DNA of 55,109 nucleotides, the filler included, from Sphacelaria rigidula (lineage: Eukaryota): the NCBI GenBank assembly GCA_964200075.2. It is 3 parts of 3 records of this genome, joined end to end, with 100 filler letters (N's around TTAATTAATTAA, not from the genome) between each part and the next. Parts side by side here need not be neighbours in the genome. Positions count along the whole stretch, not along the records: positions 1 to 18,304 come from CAXNAA020000880.1; positions 18,405 to 36,708 come from CAXNAA020000881.1; 1 more part is not named here. One strand, given 5' to 3'. This document shows, in pieces, positions 12,901 to 24,369 of this stretch (its first letter is position 1; each line of letters opens with the position of its first letter). The notes beneath the pieces are model-generated. The model saw nothing but the letters and a program-made list of their open reading frames with translations, searched no databases and was not told the origin of the DNA. A program made the position numbers and the translations under genes.

Positions 12901-15811
12901 CACATTTCATATTGAGGGAGCAGGTAGGGCTCCGAAAGGAGCACATTTATACGGAAGCTCGAGAGCACAATCGGGCAGCTAGCCCACTGCTATAAAGCGC
13001 TGTCGCAAGCAGTCTTGTGCGGTGCTAGGTATCCTACGTCAGCGGCTACAGAGCCCACATCATATTGCCTTAATTCCTGCGCAAGCGGTACGAAGAACGC
13101 ATAAAGGAGCTATGGTGGAGACACAATTATACCATGCAAGGCGAAGACACCCGAACAGCAGAGTTACCAAGGAATTGACCCGAGACGAACGCGATGCTCT
13201 ACGCCCGATGAGTGCCCTCGATCAAGTAGGCATCACCGAATGACTGGTGTATGTACATCCTACTCCGGCGTGTTGTGCCGACTGTACCCTCCACACCTGA
13301 TTGACCATCCGAATATGATTTCTTGTATTCAGCTCGTATGCGTCCCAAGTTCTCCGTTCCTCAGCAAACATTCGCTCGATTTCTTCTTTGGCCTTGGCAT
13401 CCTCTTTCGCTATTGCAAGTGCTGTTGCCTCCTTGCGCTTTTCGTAGAGACGGACTTCTTTCCGTTGTTCGTATCGCTGAAGTACGTAGTGTGTTTCAGA
13501 GAAAGCGGGCGGCCGTCATTTTCACGAAATCAAGATGACGAGTCAATTGCAAGATTGAGCGCTCGGCGTAGAAGTTAGAGCTTTGATGAGCGGTTCAAGT
13601 TCCAAGTCGAACAGGTTATACAGTATAGTTAAAGGGTCGTGTTAAAGATTCAACGTTGACGTAAAAGTTGAAGCCTTAGACTGTAGGTTCAACTTGAGCA
13701 CTCATTTTACACACGAACCTCAACATCAAGGTCAAACCTTCGAGTAAAAGTTTAACGCCAACGTCGAACATTCAAAGAAGGGTTCAACTCGAAAGTTGAA
13801 CACTCAAGGGTAGTTTCGACTTCCGGATTCAACGGTCAGCTTGAAAGGAGGGGACCCATGGTTTTGGGCGTATGTCTATATGGCTGTTTTTTCGAACAAA
13901 CTAACAATAACACTAACACTATCCCTAACTCCGACCCAAGGCGTACGAGACTCTCGGGCAAGGGGGGTGCATAGGTTCCCCAATAGGCAAAGTGTGCGTT
14001 TGCAGACCTCATATCGACGCGGCAAACGCCGATTTCGACAAAAACACGCCCTGGACGAGCTGGATCCACTGCCCATCTGCCCGAAACCTCGAATTTTCTC
14101 AGAACTTTCTCCATTTTAAAATCAAGTTGTCGAGCTGTCAACCATAGACATACATACGCCCAAAGCTATAGATCTACTGCCTGAAAGTCGGGTGCTCAAG
14201 TGCACCTTCGACTTCCGCGCTGACCGCTCAAGTGAAAAGTCGAAGCTTCATTTGAATATTAAATCTGTTGTTTTGAAGCGACGAATACAATTTTCGGCTT
14301 TTTTCAAACTTCGACCTTCCAGTCGAACATTCGACTCAAGTATGGACGGTTGACTTGAACGTTCAATTTGAAAGCCGGAGGTTCGGTAGCTTGAAAAATG
14401 TCAGAAATTGAATTGAACTTTCGACTGTCAAGCTGAACCTCATGAAGTTTGAGCTGAAGCTTAGCATAGACTCGAAGGTTCGAATTTCAACTTGAAAAAA
14501 CAACAAAAAACCTTCCAGCATGACCGTGCAAACTTCATCTTGAGGTAAAAGTTAAGCCAATTTCCCGTTGGACGTGGTCCAGAGTAATGTCGCGATAGCC
14601 GCCCGAAAACCAGACGCAAAAGTGCCCCGGAGAAGATGATCATACCGCGCATGATGGCTGGTATCAGACTGCATGAAGATCCTCATATGAGCGACATTAT
14701 CGACAACGATCCCAACCGCGGGACTTCCCAACTGCTCGGTGTGCTCGACTTTTGTCACGTTTTTTACATTTAGACTTTACCTCCTCAACCCAGCCATTTT
14801 TCTGAGGGGGGCTATCGCGGGATCACTCTCCTACCCTACGGAATAATGTGACCGGCTAATCTTCAAGACCGCAACCCCGACTCTGCATCTTGCCGACTGT
14901 TGTGCGTTTGCGAGCGTCACTCCCAATGAATGGCAAGAAATCGTGTATTGCGCTGTTGCCAACCCTTACTGGCCTGTGTATCCAATGTCATTTTCACCTG
15001 ATAAATCGACTATTTTTTCGCGTACGGCCAGCGGTCGATCTAGATTCGAACCGTGGCCTCTCACGCTCGAGGGGTTAGAGTGAATATTTAGCGGAACACA
15101 TTCCACGTCATTTTTAAGTCGTGGCAATGCGAACCTTGGACGAAGAATCCCGATGTTGCGATAAATACGGCAGCCGCGTGTCAAATGTGAGTATTACTAC
15201 TACTTTAGTCCTATTGCATCCATCACCGGCAAGTATTAAGCTGGCGCAAATTTTACGAAGAAAATTCCAGCTGTCTGCGTTGCCGTGAACGTGGCACGGA
15301 TATAGCCATGTTGCGTTCTACGCCATCATAGACTCACCACTAAAACACTGAACAGATTTGCAAGGCTATGCTACAGATACTGATGGTCATCGACGGGGTG
15401 GCGTATCTCTACTATGCACGCACCGCCAAGCTGATATGTATCCGTCTAAGAACTTGCGAGTCGTACCTTCCTGGGGTTCAGCGTGTATTCCATCTTGCTA
15501 CCTATCAGCTTCTGCGCTTTCCTCTTGCGCTTCTCCATCAGAGCCGCTTCACCCGTGTCGGGACGCAGCTCCGCGAGCCTTTCCTCCTCGGAGTCGTAAA
15601 CCGCAGCGATGGGTGGACCTTTGCCCCCCCAACCACCCAACACTGCGTGTTCCTTGTCGCCGCCATCTATCGCGTTTTTGGTGGCATGCAGGGGTGTTTT
15701 TTTTACGCTTGTTGGAACACTATTGCTGGGTTCGCGGGAGGGTGCGTCGCCCGTGCTGTTAGGGTCTTCGCGAGGTTCACGGACCAGCGTGTCGTCCCCA
15801 TCATCCGCCAT
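3901..15811 (-). CDS. Large multi-exon gene: N-terminal acidic/coiled-coil region, WD40 repeats, Reeler-like domain, low-complexity tract, unknown C-terminus (probably continues below 3901)
   Basis: Chain of AG/GT(GC)-bounded open exons, mostly phase-compatible: 15467-15811, 13297-13476, 12172-12827, 11619-11733, 10161-10493, 9270-9446, 8717-8945, 7914-8167, 6797-7536, 6205-6300, ~5801-5863, 5493-5615, 4860-5006, 3901-4037. Junctions around 9450-10160, 8170-8700 and below 3900 are unresolved. Confidence 0.75.
6797..7536 (-). CDS. Low-complexity Ser/Gly- and poly-Arg-rich exon
   Basis: Part of ORF 6659..7534; cttag| acceptor and GAG|gttata donor; in phase with exon 6205-6300 ([20 protein letters not shown]). 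Confidence 0.75.
8717..9446 (-). CDS. Two exons (9270-9446, 8717-8945) encoding a Reeler-like beta domain
   Basis: In-phase join gives FSLSVT...EYYQG.KLVLRA...FTGLFV...[11 protein letters not shown]...[22 protein letters not shown], resembling the Reeler pattern (Y.PG, F.GF, G.F, W.AP..G.V.F.A); both have gtgag donors. Confidence 0.6.
10161..10493 (-). CDS. WD40 repeat exon plus linker
   Basis: ccttag| then [40 protein letters not shown]...; donor gtacgt. Confidence 0.85.
11619..11733 (-). CDS. WD40 repeat exon
   Basis: cacag| acceptor in phase 2 matches the upstream donor; [38 protein letters not shown]; donor CAG|gtacct. Confidence 0.92.
12172..12827 (-). CDS. Exon with two WD40 repeats
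   Basis: AH...[15 protein letters not shown] and [13 protein letters not shown]...[14 protein letters not shown]; donor AG|gttagt. An alternative in-frame acceptor lies at 12857. Confidence 0.9.
13297..13476 (-). CDS. Coiled-coil exon ([42 protein letters not shown]...MVNQ)
   Basis: cttcag| acceptor, CAG|gtgtgg donor, 60 open codons, E/K/R-rich; not shown in the ORF track. Confidence 0.8.
13576..14500. mobile_element. Intronic foldback/MITE-like element rich in TTCAAC/GTTGAA/TTCGAC/GTCGAA motifs, with an internal inverted-repeat module at 13856-14171
   Basis: The motifs recur densely on both strands. ccatggttttgggcgtatgtctatatgg (13856-13883) pairs imperfectly with ccatagacatacatacgcccaaagctatag (14142-14171). 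Confidence 0.6.
15467..15811 (-). CDS. Probable first coding exon of the WD40 gene (MADDGDD...MEYTLNPRK)
   Basis: 115 open codons with charged, protein-like composition; donor AAG|gtacga; in phase with exon 13297-13476. Confidence 0.7.
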
Positions 15812-16749
15812 GCCCTGCAGCCTGCTGCACGCTGCAGAAGCAGGTGGATAGTATACGCACTCTGCTGTAGGGGACTCACTGATATATCAAGCCTGTAGTT
15901 AGTAGCAGCGGTCAGAGAACATAACAGTTGTATTCGGTGCGCAGTATTAATGCATATGTACGAAATAATGCCAGCCTCTACATTAGCCCCAGTTTTAGTT
16001 TGAGGTACGTATGAAGATCTTTCGAAATGTGTATTTCAGATTCCATTGTATACCGTCACATGTTTAGTCATTTTCCAAAGTATTATGCTCGATAGAATCC
16101 CTGCCGCCCCACTTTTTTCAAGCAGCTAGGGGAGGGAGGGGGGGGGGGGGGGGGGGGCTCTTCGCTGATCATTTGCCAGGGTGTGTTTCACACTAGGGGG
16201 AAAATGCGTGTCTTCATGGTGGCTTTCTTTTATCCTTTGACTGTGGGTCTGAATTGTAACAGGTGAAGGTCAAGATGAAAGAAAACATGAAAGCATAGGT
16301 ACTTCCACGGATGTTGGATCCAACTGCCAGCGCAACAGCAGTGTGCGTACGACACCTGCTGATGTTCCCCACCAGCTTGGTGGAAGAAGGGAGATCAGCT
16401 TTATTCATAGTAACCATAGTTGCGTAGGCTATCAGGGAGACACCGACCTATTCACAAGGGCGACCGATTCGGGGCGGCGCCGTGAGCCGAGATAATAATA
16501 AGAAAAGTATCCTAGCTCGTGCTGGCGCGGGGGTCTCCAAGAAAGTCTCCTACACTGAGGTAGGAGTCGAGATGCTCACAGTACAAGAAAATGCCTGCAT
16601 GATTTGAGCTGAGTTGACTAGAGTTTCTGGAGCCATTGGAGCCACGAGCAATGTCTGGTAGCGCCCGGTATTTGCAATGATTCACCGGCGGAGTGCTGCC
16701 CATTGTATCGCACACACCACTACTACTCTACGGGGCGGATGATACTCCT

Positions 16750-16822
16750 TACCGCTCCTCGAGGAGGTGAGATTCTTCATGATACCTCTCACCTTCTCGG
16801 AGAAGGTGAAATTCTTCATGGA
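16750..16822. promoter_or_regulatory. Duplicated palindromic element in the divergent intergenic region
   Basis: ctcctcgaggag (16755-16766) and tcaccttctc-g-gagaaggtga (16789-16809), each running into ggtga(g/a)attcttcatg. Function is inferred from position only. Confidence 0.35.
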
Positions 16823-16953
16823 GAACGCGTTTGAGCGAGTGAGAATTATCCGGTCGACGCCAGCCGAATCTCAAACTCTTAATGCCGTTTCGCCTTCCAC
16901 GATTATCGCTGCTTCAATCGCAAACGAAGAGTAGCTATTTTTTGCTCTTCAGG

Positions 16954-17166
16954 ATGCCTCGGACCTCTCTCGGCGACGACGGGGAGACCGACAACGCGAC
17001 GGAGAAAGAGAGCGAATGGTTGTTTGACTTCTTGCTGAGCGTATTCCGCTCCAAGCAATGGGACGCTACTGTTATGGGGTTCATTGACGAGCACTGCGTG
17101 GTATTCGACACCGACGAGGAGAACAAACTGGCCTACACCACTTCCCACCAGCAGTTCAAAGATTTG
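16954..17166 (+). CDS. CFAP36: First coding exon of a BART-domain protein (CFAP36/CCDC104- or ARL2BP-like); remaining exons not found before the spacer at 18305
   Basis: EWLFDFLLSVFRSKQWDATVMGFIDEHCVVFDTDEENKLAYTTSHQQFKDL fits the BART N-terminal signature (W...F.S..W...FID..C..F..EENKL.YT..H..F); donor TTG|gtgggt. Confidence 0.8.
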
Positions 17167-18304
17167 GTGGGTAACTTTAGCTCGTTGTTGTTGTTTAGGT
17201 GCGATACTAACGTGGGAAGCGATGAGGCAACAAAGCCACGCAACATTCGGGCATCGATGATCGTCTGATTTTTTAGCTACTGGTAGTACGAAGTATATCA
17301 TTATTGCTTTAACTTGTACGAAGTACGAGATGATGGGTAACGTTAGGTAGCCCAATGGCTCTTCGCATTCGTTCTTACGTGTACTGTAGCATTCACGATA
17401 CATATTGAAACGTGCAAAATGCATAATTTATTATGGCGCACGTTTTTGTCGTGTGACCCAAAAGGTTGAGATATATACGAGTATGACAAAAAAAAATGGT
17501 GCGACCAGCACGGGATATTTAAATATTATTCAAGTATGAAAACATACTATAAACGTTGATTGATACGATGTGGCGCGTTTATAAAAACAAGGATATACCA
17601 CGCAATTATGGCCAAATTGAATAATTAGATCAATATTAATAAGTACTGGGTAAGTACTATGACAAGTCTCATCAGGACTTTCAAGCATGTATGTGTACCA
17701 CTTGCAATTCTGCCTCTGCGCTCCTGTGCTGGTGAATCCACCGACAGCATATGTCTAACGAAGATTACGTGTGAACGCCCCCGTGCAAGCGGAACAATTA
17801 GACCAACTCGCAATTGTGTAGAAGGTGTACATACTGTACAGTATGCCGTATTCATTATACTTTTCGAAAGTTGGCATTGAGTGATGCAGCGAAAGCTCCC
17901 CCCAGAAAAAAATACTGCTTTGAGGAGGCAAAATCTAGACGGAAACCAAAATAACAAAAACCGAGTACACCGAGCAGCTGATAATTCCCACGCTAAGCGG
18001 TTCTACGGTAGGGGTGCACATATTGTTTTGGGGCTCTGTACTTTGGGGGCCTCTCGATGACAAACATCTGGGCCTTAGTGTGCAGCCTCAGACAACGTTT
18101 GGACTGAATAGTACACCCCTACCGTAGAATCACTCTTCTTGGGATCGTTTTCGCCAATGTTACCCGAGTGAGGGGCTGCATGAAGTCTGAAAACAGCTAT
18201 CATGCGCAATATTACCACTTTCTTCGTGACAGTTTGAGACCTGGTATGGGGGGGGGGGGGGGTGTTCTCGGGATCGATCCAGCATGCCATGGTCATCAGA
18301 CCAT

Positions 18305-18404
18305 NNNNNNNNNNNNNNNNNNNNNNNNNNNNNNNNNNNNNNNNNNNNTTAATTAATTAANNNNNNNNNNNNNNNNNNNNNNNNNNNNNNNNNNNNNNNN
18401 NNNN
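18305..18404. other. Artificial assembly spacer N44-TTAATTAATTAA-N44
   Basis: A six-frame-stop 12-mer centred in Ns; an identical copy lies at 36709. Confidence 0.97.
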
Positions 18405-20400
18405 CCAACGTCCCCCCGCCTACATCATCCCCCGTGGCTCTTAACCTCCACTTTTTTTTCTCCGCCTCCTCCCGCTGGCATACCCCCCCCCCCCCCCCAA
18501 CACGCGGGCACCACCCAGGGTGATGAGCGAATCCTAGCAACCTCCTCCTTGATCACGTCCAGCCCATCCACCCCTGGCAGGCAAATCTCGACTTCGTCTT
18601 TCTCCATCTCATCCTGTTCGCATCCACCCTCGCTACCACGCGTGGACCATCCAGGGTGACGAGCAAATCCCAACCACCTCCTCCTCCATCACGTCCCGCC
18701 CATCTGCCCCTGCCACAACGCGTACATCCCCCGGGGCGACAAGCAATCCCCCGCACTTCCTCCTTCGTCACGTCCCCCTCATCCGCCCCCGCCACCACAG
18801 CTACATTACCCAGGGTGACAACAGATCCCGAGCTTGTCTTTCTCCATGACGTGTCGCTGATTGACCAACCCCACCCCACACGGACCCTCCCCAGGGTAGC
18901 AACAAATCCCAAGCTCGACGTCTTCTACAGCAAACTCAACCCCTTTGCCGTCCCCACTCCCGCGTGTGAGCCACTGACAGCCACGGCTGATTCCAAACTC
19001 GACTCCCTCCACGGGCAGCCCCCCCGCCTCCCTCGTCCCCCCTGCCATGTCGACACCTCAGTAGGCCACAGGATATCTCACATCCCACTTTCTCCACCGG
19101 TCAAGCGCTGTCCTCTTTCCACTCTCACTCTCATAGGTCAATCACCCACGGTGACAGCACATCCTACCTTCATCTTCCTCAAGCTCCGCTCCCCCGCGCA
19201 TCCCAACAAGGTCGCAAACGAATGCCAAGCTCGCCTCCCCTAACAAGCAAGACCTCTTCCTTCCACGATTTCATTGGCCCCAATTGCACGACTCAGTGCC
19301 GAAGGAGCTTCATACTTCACGTGCTTAGCCCGCAAGCCCTCCCCTTTCCCGATTTCCTCGAGAAGCAAGCCCTGCCCCCGCTTACCGCTAACCCTCCTGG
19401 GTGAAAACTTCGCCACAAGGCACACCACAGACAATACATCGCGTATACCTGGTATTACTCAATGCGACAACAAATCCCAAGCTCGTCTCTTTTGATACCC
19501 TTCTACTTATCCGCCCTCACTCCCACGCGTGCACCACCCTGGGCGACAAGACATGTCGAATCCGACTTTCTCCGCGAGCAAGCCCTCCTGTCTTCCCACT
19601 TCTTCTCGCACGCGTTGGCCAAGTAGGACGACAGCAAATGCCGACCAAGACTTCCTCCACAGGTAAAGCCCTGTGCCGCCCTTACTTCCACGCTCACGCG
19701 TGTAGCACCCAGCTTGACAATCAACAAATCCCGACTTCGTCTTCCTGAACGAACATATCTTCCCCCTTCCCACTCCTATCCCAACAAGGGCGGCAGCAAA
19801 TGCCGAATTCGACCACCTCAACAAACAAGGTATCTCGCTCCTCCGTCTCTATTCCCACTCGTGCACCACTCCAGGCGACACCGAGCCCCAAACTCGGCGT
19901 GCTCAGTGAACCAGCCTTTCCCTGCAACGACTATCCCTACAACCAAGCCGTGCTTCCTGTTCCTTCCCCTTACCCCAGCCCCGCGAGCACGGTCTGTTCC
20001 TTCCCCATCTCCATTCCCCCAAGTACGCTACTCAAGGCCAAAGGAGCTTCACACTCGACGTGCTCAGCAAGCAGACCCTCCCCTACCCCCATGTCCTCGA
20101 CAAGCAAGTCCTGCCCCTCGTTTCCCGTCCCCCCTGCCTACGTGAAAACCGCCCGCCACAAGGCATATCGTGGGCCATGTACGGAGTTTATCGCCCAGGG
20201 CGAAGACAAATCTCAAGCCTGACTACCTCCACAAGCAAGCCCTCTCCTCCCCCTCTCCTGCACCCCCCACTACGCAGAGTCCCGCCTCCCCCGAGGAGTA
20301 CCCTGGGTGATCTATACTGCGTATACCACCCACGGAGGCAGCAAGTCGGAACGACCTCGATTTCCTCTACAGGCAAGGTCTCCCACTGCCCGAAGATCCT
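18405..20400 (+). repeat. Degenerate ~70-85-bp tandem array, C-rich on the + strand
   Basis: Recurring core resembling CACCCAGGGYGACAACAAATCCCAAGCTCG.CTTCCTCC at ~18512, 18650, 18730, 18809, 18891, 19145, 19205, 19535, 19785, 20193 and 20330. Confidence 0.85.
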
Positions 20401-22190
20401 ATTTCCAGCTACTGTTCCGGCTCGTTTCCACGTCCGCAGGTCAACCAAGCGAGGATCCACGCACACAACGCTACGTTGTCCGCGTGACGGCACGAGGCTT
20501 CTCAATCACGTGGTGTGTTCACGCTCGTGAGGGTCGTGTGTTCAGAGGTCGCGTACTGCTTTAGACCGTTCCTGTATTACCAGCACATCAACTGACCCGA
20601 TGCCCATCGATCGTCACCACGCAGCCAAACTCCCAACCCTTTCCCAACTCGAAACTACCGACTAACGAAAGATGCCGTCCGATGCATTTAGTCTATACCA
20701 AACTGTCTGTTCAAGACTTGTTCGGTTCCATGTTCTACGACCACACCACAAACCAACCGACACGAGGTGGGACGCCCACCACCAGCCACCACTACCCCAA
20801 CAGTCCACCATGTCGACCCAGACGGTGCATGCGGCAACCTATGAAACATGTACGTCCGCCGCGGCGGCCGATAGAGCTGCTGGCACCATTTTGCACTGCT
20901 TGGGAGAAGAGGCATCTTCCGGGCGGTCTCCAGCACCGAGCTGAACACCGACCGATGACACGGTAGGGCGGAGGGCGTAAGGGGCGGGGGTAGGGGGGGT
21001 ATCGGTTGCTGCATTTTGCTTGCTTTACTCTGTCATAATTCTGGTCTAGTCACTTCACCGCCCAAAAATTCCCATCTGATGGATCAACGTCGCATTTACT
21101 CTGAAAAGTAGCTTTTGAAAACGGCTGTCAGATTCAGGTGTCCATCGGCGGACGCTGAAAGAGCTACCCCCTCCGCCGCCTTGGTCGGGACCAGCACGCC
21201 GTCTCGACGATCAATCCATCCACAAACCTCTCCCTCGACAGACAGGGTGGGGCGAGGGGCAGGCTTACTTTTTACATGCGTCTGCCCCCATGTCATATAC
21301 CTTAGGATTAGGGTTACATGTACACAGGCAGAAATGCGTTGATTGATGGCTCCAGCCTACGGGCTCATCAAGAGGGAGCACATTGTCATTACTACAATAG
21401 ATGGAAAGAATACGTGAACGAAACGCGAAGAGTTGACGCCCGGTCCGTGCAGTGTCAGTCGTGCAAGCTAGCTTCCGAGAGGGAGTACCGTTCTATCGGC
21501 CAGTTATTCAATCACTGAGGTGCCTTGTTGGTAACCTGATATTGTGAACCTGTCTAGTCCTGGCAGCGGCTTGTGGGGGGGGACGTGCACATGCAGCAGG
21601 TTTTGCCGTTTCCGTTATGTTTCCGTGTTTCCATGTTGATGACGCGCAAATCGTGTCATGTATTGCAAGTCGTGATCACGTCAGGCACTCGCATGCTGTG
21701 TGGAGTCTCACGTGATGAACAACTAGGCCGTGCGTGTGCAAGGAATAAATATCCTGTGGGAGTGCGAAACGTTGACGTTGTAACTCAACACATTGCTGCA
21801 CGGTACAGGGTATTGTACCACCTAGTACTGTCGTACGTCGTACTACAAAGCACAGTAACTGCAGTGGATCTAGTAGGGCAGTATAGCGAAATATGTTACT
21901 GCACAGTACGGTGCGAGCAATACCGCACAAGTGTATTCTTCAGCGATGTGCTTCGCTTCATTCGCCTCGACTACGTATGTGCCCTCTCTCTCTCTCTCGA
22001 CCGCGGCTCACGGCTCGGTTACAACATTGAACGCAGTCAATCTACCGACCAAAACGCGACTGCAAACACGTTTTTGCAACAACACCACGACTGAAGTCGG
22101 CAGGATCACTTACTCATAGCCCAATCACTCAACCGATCAATCAAGCAGTCGACCGAACAGCCATCCGATATACTTCGCGTCGAGACTTAC

Positions 22191-23888
22191 CGCTAGTGTC
22201 TGCGTATGCGAGTCGCTCAGCCCTCGCCTCCTGAACTCCCTTCACAGCAAGGGACCATTCCATCAGATTCACCACGTACCCTTTTATTCGCGCCTCTTGA
22301 TTCGAAGCTCTCTTCGACTTTGCCTGTACGATCATATATATTTACATATATAGATATACATACGTAGATATATAGGTCATTCATTGTCAGCACTAGAGCC
22401 GGTCGCCCCGGTGGCTCAGTTGGTAATCTCGTAACCATCTGATGGTTGAGTTGTGGGGTTCGGTTCCCGGAGAGATCTGGGATTTTTTCTTACACCATGC
22501 CCAACAGTGGAGAGCGAGTATGTCATGGGGACACAAAATTCGACTCAACGGTTGACGAGGGAAAGGGACTGCTAAACCCCTCTCGCGATAAAAAAATAAA
22601 GGCAAGCACCGCAGAAGGACGGTGGAGTACTAAAAGCAAATAAAAATAAAAAGCTTCTGTATTGACCTTCATCCTGTGTGGCCCCGGCTGATGCGCCCAC
22701 ATATCCCGAAAAGGGTAGACTGGCAATAAATGGGACGACAATACACACAAAACACACTAGGATACGGGAAGTTACCTATTTCAGGACAAATGAACTCATC
22801 TGAACAGAAGTGGTTGACTACTCCAAACAAGGCTACCCTAGCCGTCCGACACAGAACATTACTACACAGCAAGAACTCGTCGTCGCATTTTTGAGACTTC
22901 GAATCTGTTCCAAAATCACCTTCACCACCGCCATCGTCCATTTCCGGCACCTACCTACACCCTGGAGTACGTGAAAGGAGGAATATGATGACAAACAAAC
23001 AAAAACTCGAGGGTGGTAAGTGTAGGGTACAACAGTACCTCAGGTACCCGACATTTTCTCGAGGTAGTTGCAGTGCCAAGTATCCCACGACGCGTGGGGG
23101 TATCAACTGAACGTTTCCCTCACGTACTGTTCTTTCGATACCCATGCGAAACAAAAAGACCCAAATAATCCGTGAACGGACCAAAACATACCAAGTCAGT
23201 CGCCCAACGAAGGACGTCAGCCTCAAGAGAAGAAAATACGGTTGATGAATCGAAACAGATCAAGTGAACCAATCACCTCCTGGAACCCGCGGGATATCCT
23301 GCGGCTCTCGGTTTTGGTGTCTCCCTCCTCTCATACTCCTGCTCCCCCTCTCCGCCGAACACACCAGTCAGCTCCCTACAAGACAAAAATCATTGGTCCA
23401 CCACGACGGCGGGGACGGCGAGAACGCACAAGAACAGAACAAGAGAAGAAACAGGAGACATAACGTAAGGGTGAGACGTGTGACTCAGTGTTCAGGGACG
23501 AAAACGAGAAAAACGCACAGATCTGTAGGTTTATTATCTCAGTGCTTGACAAAAGGAGACAGGGAAGAAAAGAAACGCGGCAAGAGGTGCAACGCAGCTG
23601 AAGGGGTGGGGGTGAAGGGCATGGGGGGGGAGGGGCGTTCTGGGCGTTGCGACGCCTCAAATTCCATCCATCATGGCAGCATGGCTCCTTCTCTCATGAA
23701 TGGCCTCCAACCGCATAGATTCGAATGACGCAGCCAAAAAGCTAGCCCATGAATGTGCTCAACGGTGCTTCACGTGAACTAATGTAGCAAGATCCTGGAG
23801 CATACCGCGGATCAGAGCAATCCAGCTATGCCATACGTCCCACAACGCCTCCATCCCCCACCAGTTGATATCGCTATCTCAGCGTAGA

Positions 23889-23945
<57 letters not shown>

Positions 23946-24369
23946 AGAGGACGTTCATCATGCCCAGAATTTGAAAAGAGTTTGCCCGGTGCATCCTCAA
24001 GCCACGTCAAAAGGCACGGGAACCCCTTTGAGAATGATCTCCACTTAGCAAGATGATATATCAAGGGTTAATTCGTTGACAAATACTTGCAAAAGACGAA
24101 CAGTTCGTGGTATTTCTTCAGTCGATAGCTATTCGCGGAGCGTAACGTGACGCACTCTATTGTAGCGTAGGGTACCCGGTGGGCCTACTGTACGTCATTC
24201 CTTGCAACATTTTGTTCGAGAATGACCCTACGAGAGGACTCGTAGATGTTCAACGGACGAGCATTTGCGCGAAGCAGCGTAACGCAGCGTAGCGCAGCGT
24301 TGCGCAGAATACCTGGTCAATGTCGTAGATGATACTCCTTGGCATATGTTGCGAAGCCATCCATCTACG
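22191..24369 (-). CDS. Candidate exons 24313-24369, 22837-22950 and 22191-22323 of unknown product (possibly the diverged 3' part of the fimbrin-like gene)
   Basis: AG/GT-bounded, mutually in-phase open frames: RRWMASQHMPRSIIYDIDQ | VPEMDDGGGEG...CRTAR | AKSKRASNQEARIKGYVVNLMEWSLAVKG..., the last ending at a gtaagt donor. Confidence 0.4.
22398..22757 (+). mobile_element. tRNA-derived SINE, copy 1
   Basis: A-box TGGCTCAGTTGG, B-box-like GGTTCGGTTCC, body shared with three other copies, CA-rich tail. Confidence 0.85.
23892..23945. repeat. (GA)n microsatellite
   Basis: Seen directly. Confidence 0.95.

Noticed and set aside
18349..18360. TTAATTAATTAA as a biological palindrome or piggyBac site
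   Set aside because: It is centred in N runs and repeated identically at 36753, so it is an assembly linker.
18405..20400. CRISPR array
   Set aside because: Cores are far too degenerate, the variable segments share composition and motifs, there are no cas genes, and the context is eukaryotic.
18656..20530. Protein-coding ORFs (195, 143, 140 and 156 aa) in the array
   Set aside because: The repeat motif shifts between frames; these ORFs are expected in C-rich, stop-poor sequence.
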